From assembly GCA_013426185.1 (NCBI GenBank), contig CP058602.1, positions 10,231 to 74,230 on the forward strand: a stretch of 64,000 nucleotides of DNA. Direction: 5' to 3'. How positions within the stretch are numbered: the first letter of the stretch is position 1; the number at the start of each line of letters is the position of its first letter. Shown here piece by piece: positions 29,548 to 37,896 of this stretch. The position numbers and the translations under genes were made by a program. Below the pieces are notes generated by a model. It was not told the origin of the DNA, did no database searches, and saw nothing but the letters and a program-made list of their open reading frames with translations. Source of the stretch: Candidatus Woesebacteria bacterium (GTDB lineage: Bacteria; Patescibacteriota; Microgenomatia; UBA8517).

Positions 29548-29578
29548 GGACTGTCCTAAAAAGGACAGTCCTTTTCAA
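29548..29578 (-). terminator. Hairpin aaggactgtcc-taaaaa-ggacagtcctt immediately after the rplL stop
   Basis: Perfect 11-bp stem with a T-run on the minus strand. Position fits the terminator of the rplKAJL operon. Confidence 0.55.
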
Positions 29579-29583
29579 GAGTC

Positions 29584-30003
29584 TTACTTAACTTCAACAT
29601 TTGCGCCTGCTGCTTTCAATTTTTCTGCTGCTGCTTTAACATCTTCAGCCTTTGCATCCTTCAGGATTTCTGCAGGAACATTTTCTGTCATAGCTTTTGC
29701 GTCCATCAATGTTAAGTTTTGATTGATTTCGCGCAAAGCCTTAATAACAGCAATCTTATTAGCGCCAGCGTTGGTCATGACCAAAGTCTGATTGGCGCCA
29801 CCGGCTTCTTGTCCGCCAGCTTCTCCTTGAGCTTGACCAGAATCAGCAGGAGCTGCTTGAGGAGCTACGGCAGTTGGCATTGCTGAAACTCCTAATTTTT
29901 CCTGCAATGCTTTGGTTAATTCCGAAAGTTCCAAAACTGAAAGACTTGAAATCTTTTCAACTAATTCTTCTACTGTTTTCGATAATTTTGCTTCATCTGC
30001 CAT
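29584..30003 (-). CDS. rplL: 50S ribosomal protein L7/L12
   Basis: 'MADEAKLSKTVEELVEKISSLSVLELSEL...' and C-terminal 'EKLKAAGANVEVK'. GGGGGTG Shine-Dalgarno 6 nt upstream of the ATG at 30003; the tracked ORF starts at an upstream GTG. Confidence 0.9.
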   Translation of the reverse strand: MADEAKLSKTVEELVEKISSLSVLELSELTKALQEKLGVSAMPTAVAPQAAPADSGQAQGEAGGQEAGGANQTLVMTNAGANKIAVIKALREINQNLTLMDAKAMTENVPAEILKDAKAEDVKAAAEKLKAAGANVEVK

Positions 30004-30020
30004 ATTTAACACCCCCTTTC

Positions 30021-30539
30021 TTATTTCTTAGATGCCTCGTTTAATATAAACACCAGTTTTTGCAAGTTGTTTTCAAGAGTGAAAGCAAAAGTATAGAGCG
30101 GGGAGGAAATTGTCCCCACGACCTGGCCAAAAAGGACATTTTTGGGCGGTAATTTAGAAAGGGCAATTAAATTTTCTTTATCTTGGAATTTCCCTTCAAC
30201 AATTCCAACTTTAAATTGAGGAATTTCAAATTCAGAAGCAAACTTGGCTAATACTTGAAGCGGTGCGATAGGGTCTGACTCGGTCGCAACAATGGCAGTT
30301 GGCCCTGAAAGGACAGTGTCTGATGTAATTTCTTCGGCCACTTTAGCCTCCTTTGAGGCAAGGCGAAAGAGGGTGTTTTTGACAACAAGCATTTTTGCAC
30401 CAACTGCTTTTAGCCTTTTTTTAAGCTCTTGCTGAAGTTTAACTGTAAGGCCTTGGTAATTAATAACCACAATAGCGCTTGAGCTTTTAAGCTCTTCTGT
30501 TAAGTTTTGTACGAATAATGGTTTTTCAGCTCTTTTCAT
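30021..30539 (-). CDS. rplJ: 50S ribosomal protein L10
   Basis: 'MKRAEKPLFVQNLTEELKSSSAIVVINYQGLTV'. Start moved to the internal ATG at 30539; the upstream part of the tracked ORF is probably the L10 leader. Confidence 0.85.
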   Translation of the reverse strand: MKRAEKPLFVQNLTEELKSSSAIVVINYQGLTVKLQQELKKRLKAVGAKMLVVKNTLFRLASKEAKVAEEITSDTVLSGPTAIVATESDPIAPLQVLAKFASEFEIPQFKVGIVEGKFQDKENLIALSKLPPKNVLFGQVVGTISSPLYTFAFTLENNLQKLVFILNEASKK

Positions 30540-30719
30540 AATCTTTTTTGGGCAGGGTCGGACCCTGTTTTCTCCCAATAAAAAAGCGCCAACACCAAGG
30601 CGCCTACAAACTTCACTCAGATTATCTTTTAGGCTTCCTCGGTGCGATTTACTTAGCTTGACGCTAAAACACACTTTCTTAGGAACAGGGAAATTATATG
30701 TTTTGGCTAATCTTAAGTC
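30540..30719 (-). promoter_or_regulatory. Candidate rplJ (L10) leader region with hairpins (cagggtcggaccctg; gcgcc-aacaccaag-gcgc)
   Basis: Position upstream of rplJ. Two inverted repeats read directly. Confidence 0.3.
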
Positions 30720-31127
30720 AAGAGGGAAACGGACATCGAACATTGGACATCGGCCGTCGGACGTCGGATGTCAGCTGTCGGCTATCGGAATTCAGCCGGA
30801 GCCGACCGAAAGATTGTATCTAGTATCTTGTATTATGTATTATGCAGGAAATATAAGTAGAAAGTAGAACGTAGTAAGTAGAAAGCAAAATTAAGAAATA
30901 GTTAAAAGTTCAAAATTAAAAGTTAAAAGTTGGAATTTATTTGTTTGGAATTTGAGAAACTGGATAATTATAGAATTGTTTAGAATTTAGAATTTAGGAT
31001 TTGGACCTTGTAATTTGGAGCTTGGAATTTGTTTGTAATTTGTAATTTGGAATTTGTGATTTAATTCTATAATCCAAAATCTACAATCTAGTTATCAAGT
31101 TTTGACTTTTAAGTTTTAAGTTATTAT
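30720..31127. repeat. Modular low-complexity repeat array, forward orientation
   Basis: cggaYatcgg, then gtattatgtattatgcagg, then gtagaaagtag, then aaagtt, then ggaatttg, then ctataatc, then gttttgacttttaagttttaagtt. Confidence 0.85.
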
Positions 31128-31940
31128 CTAGAAATCTATTCTTGCCGAGGGGCTCATGGTGGATTTGATGAAGAGTTTTACAATCTGCTTTCGGCCGATA
31201 GCTTCAATTATGGCTTCTAAATTCTCGCTTAATTTTTTATCGTCCATACTTACTTTGCCAAAAATTGTGTGAATTAAAGGCGCTTCTTTTTCTGTCTTAA
31301 GAGTCATTTTATCAGTGCTGAAATTTTTAGCCTCTTCTTTGCTTTTAATCAAAGTTCCGTTTTTGGGGTTTGGCAGTAAGCCCTTTGGTCCAAGAAGTCT
31401 TGCAAAGGGCAAAAGCTTTGGCATCATGTCAGGAGTTGCCAAAAGGACATCAAAATCAATAACCCCTTTTTCTAATTTAGCAATTGTTTTTTCATCTGCA
31501 ACTTCTATCTTTTTAGTTTTTCCGGTTGAGTGGGGAAGACTAACGCTCACATTAAGGCCTTGTTTTTTAACCTGAATATGAGCTTCCATTGTGCCGTCAA
31601 AGGAAGAGTAAGAAGCTTCTTTTATAAGTTTTATTGCCTCATCAATTTTATAGCTTTTGGTTTTATCTATTTTTTGCTTTGCGGCAAGGTATTTTTTGCC
31701 TCTTTTTCTTTCTTTTGCCTTGGCTTTCTTTTCTTCCTTTTTCTCTTCCTCTTTAATTTCAGGAATTTCGCCACCGACAACTTTTATTCTTTCACCGCCC
31801 TTTAGGCCCACACCCTCAATTTTGGCTTTTTCTTTAGCCTCGCGCTCGGCTTTTTTCTTCAGTCTTTCTTTGTATTTTTCTTCTCCTGAAAGATTTTCTT
31901 CAGGAAGTCCTGTGACAAATGCTGTTTTTGTTTTACCCAT
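31128..31940 (-). CDS. rplA: 50S ribosomal protein L1 with ~80-aa K/E-rich N-terminal extension
   Basis: L1 core 'SFDGTMEAHIQVKKQGLNVSVSLPHSTGKTKK...FDVLLATPDMMPKLL..LGPKGLLPNPK'. The N-terminal 80 aa is low-complexity Lys/Glu-rich. Confidence 0.9.
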   Translation of the reverse strand: MGKTKTAFVTGLPEENLSGEEKYKERLKKKAEREAKEKAKIEGVGLKGGERIKVVGGEIPEIKEEEKKEEKKAKAKERKRGKKYLAAKQKIDKTKSYKIDEAIKLIKEASYSSFDGTMEAHIQVKKQGLNVSVSLPHSTGKTKKIEVADEKTIAKLEKGVIDFDVLLATPDMMPKLLPFARLLGPKGLLPNPKNGTLIKSKEEAKNFSTDKMTLKTEKEAPLIHTIFGKVSMDDKKLSENLEAIIEAIGRKQIVKLFIKSTMSPSARIDF

Positions 31941-31997
31941 AATTTATAAAGTAAAAGGCAAGAGGTAAAAGGTAAAAGTTTTTGACCTTTTATCCTC

Positions 31998-32423
31998 TTA
32001 TTCTTCGACTTTTACACCCATGCTTCTTGCTGTACCTGCCACAATTTTCTTGGCAGCCTCAAGATCATCGGTGTTTAAGTCATCCATTTTTTCTTTGGCA
32101 ATCTTTTCAAGCTGATCTTTAGTCAAAGTTCCGATTGTTTCTCTTAAAGCTTGCCCTGAACCTTTATCAAGCCCCAATTCTTTTTTAATCATTTCAGAAA
32201 CTGGTGCTTTTCTTAATTCAAAGTCAAAAGAGCGGTCTTCATAAATCGTTATGACAGCAGGCACGACCTGGCCTTTCATGTCTTTGGTTCTGTCGTTATA
32301 AGCTTTGACAAAATCCATAATGGCAACTCCATGCTGACCCAAAGCCGGGCCAAGCGGGGGAGCGGGGGTAGCCTCGCCAGCTTTAAGATTAACTTTGATT
32401 ACCACTTTGACTTTCTTTGCCAT
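31998..32423 (-). CDS. rplK: 50S ribosomal protein L11
   Basis: 'MAKKVKVVIKVNLKAGEATPAPPLGPALGQHGV'. Confidence 0.9.
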   Translation of the reverse strand: MAKKVKVVIKVNLKAGEATPAPPLGPALGQHGVAIMDFVKAYNDRTKDMKGQVVPAVITIYEDRSFDFELRKAPVSEMIKKELGLDKGSGQALRETIGTLTKDQLEKIAKEKMDDLNTDDLEAAKKIVAGTARSMGVKVEE

Positions 32424-32570
32424 TTTTAAAGCTTTAATTGCAGAAGCAAGTAGAGGAAAAAAGCTTGCGACCGCAACTAAAGGTCTCCCTCATTTAGTGA
32501 GGTAATTTATTATAGAGGTTATTTTGGAGATTGTAAATAGATAAATGCTTGAAGTCTTTGCTGCTCTAAT

Positions 32571-32623
32571 CCCGATATGACTAGCTAATCCACTTCCGAA
32601 GTGCTCTGGGTTGTCATATCGGG
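32571..32623 (-). promoter_or_regulatory. Long hairpin (cccgatatgac ... gtcatatcggg, with nested cactt-ccg-aagtg) in the nusG-rplK intergenic leader
   Basis: 11-bp perfect stem plus inner hairpin read directly. Sits where r-protein L1/L11 autoregulatory leaders occur. Confidence 0.35.
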
Positions 32624-32625
32624 AA

Positions 32626-33243
32626 TTAGACTTTCTGGATTTGCAAGAAATTGAGTTCAACTGGAGTCTCGCGGCCAAAGATTGAAACCAAAACTTTAAC
32701 CTTACCTCGTTCTTCATCCATTTCACTGATTGAGCCCAAAAATCCTGAGAAAGGCCCGTCAACGATTTTAACCGCCTCGCCAGTTGAAAACCTGGTCTTA
32801 AATCTTTTGGCAGGAGTTGAAATAAATTTGAGAATATTTTCAACCTCTTTTTCGCTTAATGGAGTAGGGCTTTTGCCCGCGCCGACAAAACCTGTAATTC
32901 CTGGAGTGGTGCGAACAGCAAGCCAGGTGGCATCATCCATAATCATTTTCACTAAAAGATAACCAGGAAGAATTTTTTCTTTGACCGTTGCCTTTTTGCC
33001 GCTTCTTATTACCACTCTGTCTTGAGTTGGCACCATCAGCTCAAAGACATTTCTTTCAAATCCCATTGATTCAACTCTTTGGCGAAGGGTTTCAGCAACA
33101 CGCATCTCGTGGCCTGAAGCGGTATGAACAACATACCAGTGGGCAAGAGGGTTTTCCTCTTTATTAATAACAAAATGACCAACAACTTTGGTCGGTGTTT
33201 CAACTTGTAATTCTTCTTTTTTCTCTTCTTTTATTTTTTTCAT
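32626..33243 (-). CDS. nusG: Transcription termination/antitermination factor NusG
   Basis: 'NWYVVHTASGHE' NGN domain and C-terminal KOW ('GEAVKIVDGPFSGFLGSI'). Confidence 0.9.
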   Translation of the reverse strand: MKKIKEEKKEELQVETPTKVVGHFVINKEENPLAHWYVVHTASGHEMRVAETLRQRVESMGFERNVFELMVPTQDRVVIRSGKKATVKEKILPGYLLVKMIMDDATWLAVRTTPGITGFVGAGKSPTPLSEKEVENILKFISTPAKRFKTRFSTGEAVKIVDGPFSGFLGSISEMDEERGKVKVLVSIFGRETPVELNFLQIQKV

Positions 33244-33473
33244 CTTACAAAGATTTTAGTCAAGATTGTGGTAAAAAGAAAGTCCAAAATCCCGACATAA
33301 CCTGCTACTATAGCCGAAAAGACGATAACTGTCAAAGTCATTCTTACAGTTTCTTCTTTTTTTGGCCAGGTAACTTTGCTTAATTCAAGGCGAACTCCTT
33401 GTAGATAGTTGATAATTTTCCTCACAAAAAAGAATTTTATCAGAAAGAACTTGCCAAAACAATATATAATCAA
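33240..33473 (-). CDS. secE: Preprotein translocase subunit SecE
   Basis: 'LELSKVTWPKKEETVRMTLTVIVFSAIVAGYVGILDF' single TM. Canonical position upstream of nusG. Exact start uncertain. Confidence 0.7.
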   Translation of the reverse strand: MIIYCFGKFFLIKFFFVRKIINYLQGVRLELSKVTWPKKEETVRMTLTVIVFSAIVAGYVGILDFLFTTILTKIFVR

Positions 33474-33483
33474 GAAAGATAAT

Positions 33484-33906
33484 ATGACTCGAGGAAAAGA
33501 ATTGGAGATTCTAAAAGTAGCTGGTGGTGGTGAGATAGTTGTAACCAGAACGCCTACAGGTCAGTTTTCTCCTGTAGAAATAAAAAAGGATAAGAATCCC
33601 ATTGTTCCTGCTAGGTTGCAAGGTGATTTAAGAAATGTAGCTGCTCGAGTTGCTTTTGAACTTCAGGAATCAAATTCCAATTTATTTTCAGAGATTGATA
33701 CATCAGATCCTGAGGAGATAGCAGAAGGGGTTTGGGAAGAGTCTTTATCAAGGCTTAAGAAGTCAGGTCTTAAGGATGATGACTTAGTCTGGGTAATAGC
33801 AAGAAGGTTTGGCGCGAGAGGCTTAACTCCAAATCAGTTCAAGCAACTTCAAGAAGATATTAAAGCTGTTATTGATTCTTTTAAATCTTCTAAATCAAGA
33901 AAGTGA
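33484..33906 (+). CDS. Hypothetical protein
   Basis: ORF with protein-like composition; no recognised motif. Start chosen at MTRGKE. Confidence 0.4.
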   Translation: MTRGKELEILKVAGGGEIVVTRTPTGQFSPVEIKKDKNPIVPARLQGDLRNVAARVAFELQESNSNLFSEIDTSDPEEIAEGVWEESLSRLKKSGLKDDDLVWVIARRFGARGLTPNQFKQLQEDIKAVIDSFKSSKSRK

Positions 33907-34619
33907 AAAGTCTCCCCAACTTCTATTACGAAAAAAAGATTCTAAAAAAAGGTTATAAAGTAATAGCTGGTCTTGATGAGGCTGGTAGGGGAGCTTTGGC
34001 AGGGCCTTTGGTTTGTGCGGCTGTTGTCTTTAAAGGAAATTTTTCTGAGATTATAAAACAAGCCTCAAAAGATCAAGTAAAAATAAATGATTCTAAGAAA
34101 TTAACAGAGAATAAGCGAAAGGAAGCTTATTCTTGGATAAGAAAAAATGCTTTTTCTTTTGGGGTAGGGGTCTCTTCTGTTTCGGAAATCAACCGCTACG
34201 GTATTGCAAAAGCAACTTTTTCGGGTTTTCGTCGGGCGATAAGAGAAGTGGAAAAGAGAGCGGGAAGGCGAGTAAATTTTATACTCATTGATGCGTTTTA
34301 TGTCCCTTATATAGAGGGTATTAGAATGCCTAAGAAAACAATAAGAAAAGCTAATAGAAGGACAAAAAAAGTGAAAATAGAAGGCAGACAGCTAGCAATT
34401 ATTCATGGCGACGAAAAATCTTTTTCAATTGCTGCAGCATCAATTATTGCCAAAGTTTACCGCGACAAGATAATGAAAAAAATTTCTCGTCTTGCCGCTT
34501 ACAAAAAATATAATTGGGAAAAGAATAAAGGCTACGGAACTTCAGACCATCTTTTGGCTTTAAAGAAGTTTGGTTTAACAAAAGAGCACCGCTCAAGTTT
34601 TATTCACCTTAAGTCTTAA
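33903..34619 (+). CDS. rnhB: Ribonuclease HII
   Basis: 'VIAGLDEAGRGALAGPLVCAAVVF' catalytic DEAGRG motif. Confidence 0.9.
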   Translation: MKSLPNFYYEKKILKKGYKVIAGLDEAGRGALAGPLVCAAVVFKGNFSEIIKQASKDQVKINDSKKLTENKRKEAYSWIRKNAFSFGVGVSSVSEINRYGIAKATFSGFRRAIREVEKRAGRRVNFILIDAFYVPYIEGIRMPKKTIRKANRRTKKVKIEGRQLAIIHGDEKSFSIAAASIIAKVYRDKIMKKISRLAAYKKYNWEKNKGYGTSDHLLALKKFGLTKEHRSSFIHLKS

Positions 34620-34816
34620 TTATTCTTGGCTCTTTTTCTTGCCAATTCATCCAAGAATTTGAGGCGGTATTTTTTCTCTTTTCTGATTTGAGATTTGGGT
34701 TTATATTCTTTCCTTTCTCTTGCTTCAATGACAATGCCCTCATCCAAAACCTTTTTCTTAAATCGGCTGATGAGTTTGTCTTCTGACTCGCCTTTTTGCT
34801 TTTTAACAACGACCAT
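34616..34816 (-). CDS. rpsU: 30S ribosomal protein S21
   Basis: 'MVVVKKQKGESEDKLISRFKKKVLDEGIVIEARERKEYKPKSQIRKEKK' S21 pattern. Start at the internal ATG at 34816. Confidence 0.75.
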   Translation of the reverse strand: MVVVKKQKGESEDKLISRFKKKVLDEGIVIEARERKEYKPKSQIRKEKKYRLKFLDELARKRAKNN

Positions 34817-34887
34817 TAAAAATCGCCTCCTTTCTGATATAATCTTCTTAATTTTAACAAAGAAAGACAATAACTGCCAGTAGCATT

Positions 34888-35739
34888 GTGATAGAAAGAA
34901 AAAAATCACCGCAACTATCTTTTGGTATTGAAGCTGAAAAGGCCTTTATTCCTGAAAGTCTTTTAGATAAGTCTTGGGGAAAGGAAATTGTGAGTTTTTT
35001 GGAAGGTAGAAATAATTGGAAAGATAGGCCATTCGGTCCTTTTGTTTGCTTTGTATTTACCAGTCAAGAGTTTGAGAGATTTATTTTTAATCCCTCAAAT
35101 TGGCAAGTGCAAAGCGAAGAAAAGGACAAAAAATATGCTGGGTGTTTAGTCTTGGTAGATGACTTTTTTGATTTTAGTGAGTCTATTTTGGAGAATATTC
35201 CTCTTAGAAAGAAATCCCCATTTTATGTTTTTGAGAGAGCAAATGGTCTTCATCTAGATGCTAGAGAGAAAGAAAAGAGAATTGATGTTTTGAAAGGATT
35301 GGGATTGGTTGAGGTAAATATCCTTACAAAACAAGTGCCTGGTTTTTGGGTATGGGAGGCAAGGGTAGAGAAGAATAGAGTGGCACGAAAAATTAATCTT
35401 TTAGATAAAGAAAAGCGCCCTCGGGCTTACAATTGGGCAAGGAAGCTTTGGAAGGATATGGCAGATGAGTATGCAAGAAGTGGTTTTAAAGTTGTTTCCG
35501 GAGCCGATTCTGAAATAGTGGCGAGGTTAAAAGCGAGCAAGAATCCTCCTAATGATTTGGGCAGGCTCAAAATGGGTTGGGGGGTTGAGATTAAAAATCC
35601 TTCTTGTGGTTGCCATCTCAAGATATCTTTAAATGGAGATCTTGACTGGATTTATTTTTGCGGCGATGAGACCCATCATACTATCAGACAGGGTCGGACC
35701 CTGTCCAAGGGTCAACGGGGCGGAGTTAGTCGAAGTTAG
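34888..35739 (+). CDS. Hypothetical protein. Its 3' end runs through the ggacagggtcggaccctgtcc palindrome
   Basis: ORF only; no motif recognised. Confidence 0.35.
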   Translation: MIERKKSPQLSFGIEAEKAFIPESLLDKSWGKEIVSFLEGRNNWKDRPFGPFVCFVFTSQEFERFIFNPSNWQVQSEEKDKKYAGCLVLVDDFFDFSESILENIPLRKKSPFYVFERANGLHLDAREKEKRIDVLKGLGLVEVNILTKQVPGFWVWEARVEKNRVARKINLLDKEKRPRAYNWARKLWKDMADEYARSGFKVVSGADSEIVARLKASKNPPNDLGRLKMGWGVEIKNPSCGCHLKISLNGDLDWIYFCGDETHHTIRQGRTLSKGQRGGVSRS

Positions 35740-35926
35740 TCGGAAGACAGTATTTAGTATTTTGTATCTTGTATTATGTATTATGGGAATAATGCATTTT
35801 CCTGCATAATACATAATTCATAATACTAAATTCAGAATTTTTCCCTTTGTTCTATGTTTTTTGTTCTAGCTTCAAGTTTTGACTTTTGACTTTTAAGTTT
35901 TGAGTTAATTTGTAATTTTACTCTGT
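35700..35926. repeat. Modular low-complexity repeat array
   Basis: gtattatg units, the cattttcctgcataatacataattcataatac inverted module, ccctttgttctatgtt and gttttgacttttgacttttaagtt. Confidence 0.85.
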
Positions 35927-36460
35927 CTATTCTGTAATTGAAAATGTGGAGATAATTTGGTCCACTTCCGGATTTTGATTCGCATTAACCAAAGTTATAT
36001 ATTTGTCGCCGATTTTCTTGACGGTTAGGTTGGGCTCATTTTTGTATTTTGCCTGATATTCAGCTACACTATTCCAAACTTCAATGGGTAAGTCATAAGA
36101 TTGTCCGCCGCTATAAATCAAAACCACAGCTTTGGGCCAGCCGTAAAGATTGTTTTTATCAGTTAGTGCTTTGTAGGTTGGAGGATAGGAAATTTGAAAA
36201 CCATACTTTTCATTTTTATAAGTCAGCCAGCCGGTAGGTATATTAGCTTGACTTTTAGGTGTGGCGCTTGGGGTTGAAGTTGTTTCTGGTTGGGAGGGTA
36301 ATATTTCTGGCATCTCAGCCTCGGTTTTATTGGACTGTCTTGTGTTATTTTGGATTAATTTTTGCAATTGCAGATTTTGATAAACTAAAAGTCCGATTAC
36401 GCCAAGAAGGAGGAAAATAACTATGATTAAAACTGCGCTTGCTTGACCTTTTCCTTTCAT
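35927..36460 (-). CDS. Membrane-anchored hypothetical protein
   Basis: N-terminal TM 'AVLIIVIFLLLGVIGLLVY'; rest unassigned. Confidence 0.4.
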   Translation of the reverse strand: MKGKGQASAVLIIVIFLLLGVIGLLVYQNLQLQKLIQNNTRQSNKTEAEMPEILPSQPETTSTPSATPKSQANIPTGWLTYKNEKYGFQISYPPTYKALTDKNNLYGWPKAVVLIYSGGQSYDLPIEVWNSVAEYQAKYKNEPNLTVKKIGDKYITLVNANQNPEVDQIISTFSITE

Positions 36461-36575
36461 CTTAATCTTTTTATACTCTTTTGTATTTTGAAAATCAAGC
36501 CCGAATAGCCCATTGTTATAAGCTAATCAATACCCGGTGTTGACAATGCTGTGCTTTTGATTGTAGTTGTACTTG

Positions 36576-36646
36576 CAGGGCTGGAGGGAATCGAACCCCC
36601 AATAGCGGTTTTGGAGACCGCTGTTATGCCATTTAACTACAGCCCT
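36576..36646 (-). tRNA. tRNA-Trp (anticodon CCA)
   Basis: Manual cloverleaf on the minus strand: AGGGCTG acceptor, GTTA/TAAC D-stem, anticodon loop CTCCAAA, T-arm GGGGG-TTCGATT-CCCTC (one G-U). Confidence 0.8.
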
Positions 36647-36649
36647 ATA

Positions 36650-37027
36650 AAGTAAATTATAGCAAAAACTGATTTGAAAAGCTCGAGAGTTTGATGTTTT
36701 GGTCTCGGTCTGATTTGGAGGAATAGCCAGAGTTGGCCAGGAATAGTATCAAGAATTAAGAATCACGTATCAGGTATCAAGTATGATAATAGGTAAAAGA
36801 AACTCAAGTAGAAAGTAGAATGTAGTAAGTGGAAAGCAAAAGTTCCTAAATTCCTAAATCTATACTCAAGAGTTAAAAGTTTGCTGGGACAGGGTTGGAC
36901 CCTGTTCTAACAATTTACTACAAATACATCGATGTATTTGTAGTTGTATAAAGTTCAAAATTTTATCACCCTTTCTACTTTCTGCTTACTGCTTTTTACT
37001 CTCTTTGTTCTACTTTCTGATTTGTTT
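36650..37027. repeat. Modular low-complexity repeat array plus double palindrome (ggacagggttggaccctgttc + tactacaaatacatcgatgtatttgtagt)
   Basis: Direct reading. The palindrome pair recurs at 56361-56416. Confidence 0.85.
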
Positions 37028-37639
37028 TTATCTCTTTTGGAAGATATACAAAGTGTTTCTAAAAGCGCCTAGATCGGCTGAGTTGGGTATGAAGAAGCTG
37101 GGTCTAGCGCTGAGGGGTAGTAGCGATAAATTGTTTTCTTTGGCCCATTTTGCTATCTTTAATTTTGCCTGATTGCCGTAACGTTTTGCTTCTTGAGTTC
37201 TGTCATCTAAAACTATGATTATTTTTTGTCTTGCAATTTGTAAAAACTTTTCTAGACTATAGAGTAGCCCTTCTTCTGCTATATCCCTAGGATTTGGAGC
37301 CACGAGGGAAATGTAATCAGGTGGGAATGGTGGTATAGAATCAACCTCTAGCGTAAAAAATATCATCTGGCTGGGGTTGGCAGTATGAGGACCTAAAGTG
37401 TGAATTTGGACTTTTCCTTCGTTGTTTGCTTTTGCATTTGGATCGCATCCCACCCAAAGCACCCCTCTCGGTGTTTTCCACGAACATCTTGGGTATATTC
37501 CTCGGCTAGGATTAGTTTCTCCACAACCTACATCTAAAATAGTTGTTTGCGCTTGTTGCACCAAGCTAGAGAATCTGTTTTTATCGGGATTAGCCTCAAC
37601 TCTTACATAAGGTCCTGATGTTTGTCTTTCAGGGTCCAT
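37028..37639 (-). CDS. Hypothetical protein, possibly a class I SAM-dependent methyltransferase
   Basis: 'ILDVGCGET' resembles SAM-binding motif I. Weak evidence. Confidence 0.35.
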   Translation of the reverse strand: MDPERQTSGPYVRVEANPDKNRFSSLVQQAQTTILDVGCGETNPSRGIYPRCSWKTPRGVLWVGCDPNAKANNEGKVQIHTLGPHTANPSQMIFFTLEVDSIPPFPPDYISLVAPNPRDIAEEGLLYSLEKFLQIARQKIIIVLDDRTQEAKRYGNQAKLKIAKWAKENNLSLLPLSARPSFFIPNSADLGAFRNTLYIFQKR

Positions 37640-37640
37640 T

Positions 37641-37814
37641 TTACTTTAATTTTGTGCTTTCTTTGTGAAGGGTGACTTTTTTGCAAATCTTGCAATATTT
37701 TTTGATTTCTAGCTTTTTCTCCATATTAATCTTGTTGCGGGTTGTTGTGTAATTTTGACTGCCGCAATCTTTGCAAATCATTCCAACTATTTCTCGAGCT
37801 CCTTTTTTAGCCAT
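37641..37814 (-). CDS. rpmG: 50S ribosomal protein L33 (zinc-ribbon type). Not in the supplied ORF track because it is under 60 aa
   Basis: My own translation of the minus strand: 'MAKKGAREIVGMICKDCGSQNYTTTRNKINMEKKLEIKKYCKICKKVTLHKESTKLK', with CxxC...CxxC and the L33 consensus. Confidence 0.8.
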   Translation of the reverse strand: MAKKGAREIVGMICKDCGSQNYTTTRNKINMEKKLEIKKYCKICKKVTLHKESTKLK

Positions 37815-37896
37815 AGCTCTATTCTATCAAATAATTATTGCTTTTAAAAGTGCTTATTTACAAAATCCTGTTTTTTTTCATAAGATTAGATTATTA

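Noticed and set aside
30540-30743. N-terminal 68 codons of the tracked rplJ ORF
   Set aside because: L10 homology begins at MKRAEK. The upstream part overlaps palindromes and the repeat array and is better explained as the leader.
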